A stretch of DNA of 60,328 bases from Podarcis melisellensis (taxonomy: Eukaryota), in assembly GCA_964234715.1 (NCBI GenBank), contig OZ174287.1; one strand, written 5' to 3'. Below are positions 58,165 to 60,328 of the stretch, one piece after another (position 1 is the stretch's first letter; each line of letters opens with the position of its first letter). Below the pieces are notes generated by a model. It did no database searches, had not been told where the DNA came from, and saw nothing but the letters and a program-made list of their open reading frames with translations. The translations under genes were made by a program, and so were the position numbers.

Positions 58165-59030
58165 TTATTATTATTGTTGTTGTTATTGTTATTATTATTT
58201 AAAAAGAGTCGCATATAGCAGACAATTCAAAAATTTGTCATGTGGGTATAGAATTAGTTGTATTTATAGGAATTACTTTTCTGTGGTCATTTAAATATAA
58301 TAAAGCCATGCTGATTAATTCTGAATCAATTTTCATCTCTCTAATTTGCAATAAGATTTCTGACTGTCTGTTTCTCATAAAAGAGAATAAACACCCAATA
58401 ATATGTGTATAAAATCTGAACATTTCCCGATCAATCATAATATTTGAAGGACCACCTGTTTCCATATTAATGTGCCCATATATTAAGAACTTCATGTTGC
58501 AATCATGAACACATTTACTAGTGAATAAGGCCCATTGAACTCAATTGAATTTACTTTTGAGTAGGCCCATTTGTTCAGGATTGTGTTGTCAATGGAGGTC
58601 TTCTATGGGTGACTATGCCACTATGAAGTGAGATGTTTTGTTTCCAGAAAGAGATCCTTCTCAGTGGTGATGTCTCAGTTGTTGAAAGTTCTCCCCAAGG
58701 AATTTTCATTATTACTCAATTGACTGTCCTTTCAACACCAAAGTCCTTCTTAGTTTCCAAGGATCTTTTTGATTGTAATAGTAGTCCTTCTGGATGTTTT
58801 ATGCTGCCTTTATGATAATGTTGTATTACAATTGACCTTGTAATTATTGTATTCTATACATAAACCACTATGTTTATATAACCTTATAATAATAAAAAAT
58901 AGGATAATAAATAATAATAAATACCTTAAAATGGACCATGAATTCTTTAGCTTTATCCTATTTATGGTTGCAATAATTATTTTTCAACTTTGCTAACAAT
59001 AATGCAGATTACATTAGTGAAATGAATGGG

Positions 59031-60083
59031 ACTTCCAGTCCGGAGCTGCCATGGCGAACAGCAATTCCCATGATAGTGGATGCTGGGTGTGCAGATAATT
59101 AAGGTTAATTTGAGAGTAATTATCCTTGCAAGCCCCCCCCCAAGCTCAGGGGGGGTGAGCTCTCACTTGCAGATCATCCGATACCTGCTTCTTGTTTCTA
59201 TGATGCGGGACAGGGGATGCAGAGTGCATAGCACTGCACGTATCGGTAACTTTCCAACACAGTCACCATGAGCAGTGGTTCCTCTGTTTTTTAAGATAGA
59301 TATGAATTTAGACTGAAAAAACAGACACGTTCTGGAAGAAGGAGACAAGATAACCTGCTAAATGAATCAGGCATTGAGTGCCAAGGTCTTCATCTGGAGA
59401 TGACTATCGTCATAACCGGATTGGAAGGCAGGTGGAGGGAAGCCTTAGTTTTTTCTCTATACATGCACTACATAGTTTTATGATTTGGCAACCCTTCACT
59501 GAAGAAAGAAAAATAATTTCTAATGGAATATAATTATCAATGGATTGTAATTAGTAATGGAATGCAAGAGGGAATCAACAAAAACTTTATAATTTTTACG
59601 GAGTAAGTCAGCCCGGAGCAAGGCTACAGGCCAAAGAAACATGGTGGAGAGGATTGCGCAGTAAGAATTAAGTTCTCGGAGTGGCGTGGGTGGGAATGCC
59701 AGAAATAATGGATTGCAACAGAAAAGGAAAGACAAACATTAAAATATATTACACAGAGAAAGTTAGAAGATATAACCCCCTCTGGCAAATTAACAGAGAT
59801 GGAACAGTTAAAAACACGAATGAAAGTCATTACGTCAGTGGCTGCAAAGATAAAGGAATAACATCGGAATGGTATTATTCGGATTAAATAAGAATGGAAG
59901 CAGAAGAAGGAGCAACAACAGTATCTCCACAAGACCAGAACATAGGAAGTCACCCCAAAATGTTTAATTTGGAATGGAATAATTGGTTTTTTAAAATTAT
60001 TTTATGATTTGGTATTGTATCAATGTGGCTTATATTGGATTATTATTAATGAAAAATTAATATAAATTATTATAAAAAAATAT
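59031..60083 (+). mobile_element. ~1.05 kb non-autonomous retroelement, probably L1-derived and L1-mobilised
   Basis: 19-bp TSD cattagtgaaatgaatggg (59012-59030, 60084-60102), an L1-like 5' end (acttcc...ccatggcg), an AT-rich 3' end with A tail, and no RT motifs. Confidence 0.7.
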
Positions 60084-60328
60084 CATTAGTGAAATGAATG
60101 GGTTAGGAAAGGAAGGGAAACTCCATGGTGTCCCATAACTTTGGCATATGAGACCCTATTCTTGCTCCTGTTAGAAACATGGCAGGCAAGGACATTTAAG
60201 GAATAGCTCCAATATTATGAAAAGCCTTCCCTACAGAGCCCTCTCAGCCCCCCTTGTCTCTTTCCAGACCAGTGGTTGTCGTGGATAGATGCAAAGGTTG
60301 GTGTGGCTTGTTTCTATATATACTCACA

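Noticed and set aside
1-60328. CRISPR arrays, operons or other prokaryotic/phage systems
   Set aside because: There is no repeat-spacer array, and the DNA is clearly eukaryotic (OR genes, splice sites, vertebrate TEs).

Overview
This is vertebrate genomic DNA, almost certainly from a squamate lizard (Sauria SINEs, a Squam3-like SINE, BovB/RTE, L2 and Penelope-like elements; the Sauria SINE style suggests a lacertid, which is an inference). The window lies inside a class II (gamma) olfactory receptor (OR) cluster. It holds 11 intact single-coding-exon OR ORFs: 3 OR10A-like, 3 OR6/11-like, 4 OR8S-like and 1 OR5V/13-like. It also holds one frameshifted, 5'-truncated OR pseudogene and several older OR remnants. 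The first ~15 kb is a young tandem duplication whose breakpoint lies inside an OR coding exon, so paralogous copies act as filled versus empty sites for several insertions. The most interesting non-coding signals are: (i) two Penelope-type palindromic insertions carrying minimal hammerhead-ribozyme motifs; (ii) two diverged, inverted solo-LTR-like elements sharing an ENE-like (U-rich internal loop, triple-helix type) RNA fold with a compensatory base-pair change, followed by a hairpin-looped poly(A)-like signal; (iii) a hAT MITE family carrying TTAGGG repeats; (iv) a ~1 kb L1-mobilised non-autonomous element with a 19-bp TSD; and (v) homeodomain plus O/E(Ebf) motif clusters marking probable OR promoters and a possible enhancer. 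Two assembly gaps lie at 12199-12491 and 12543-12923. Family assignments come from motif recognition by eye, not database searches.
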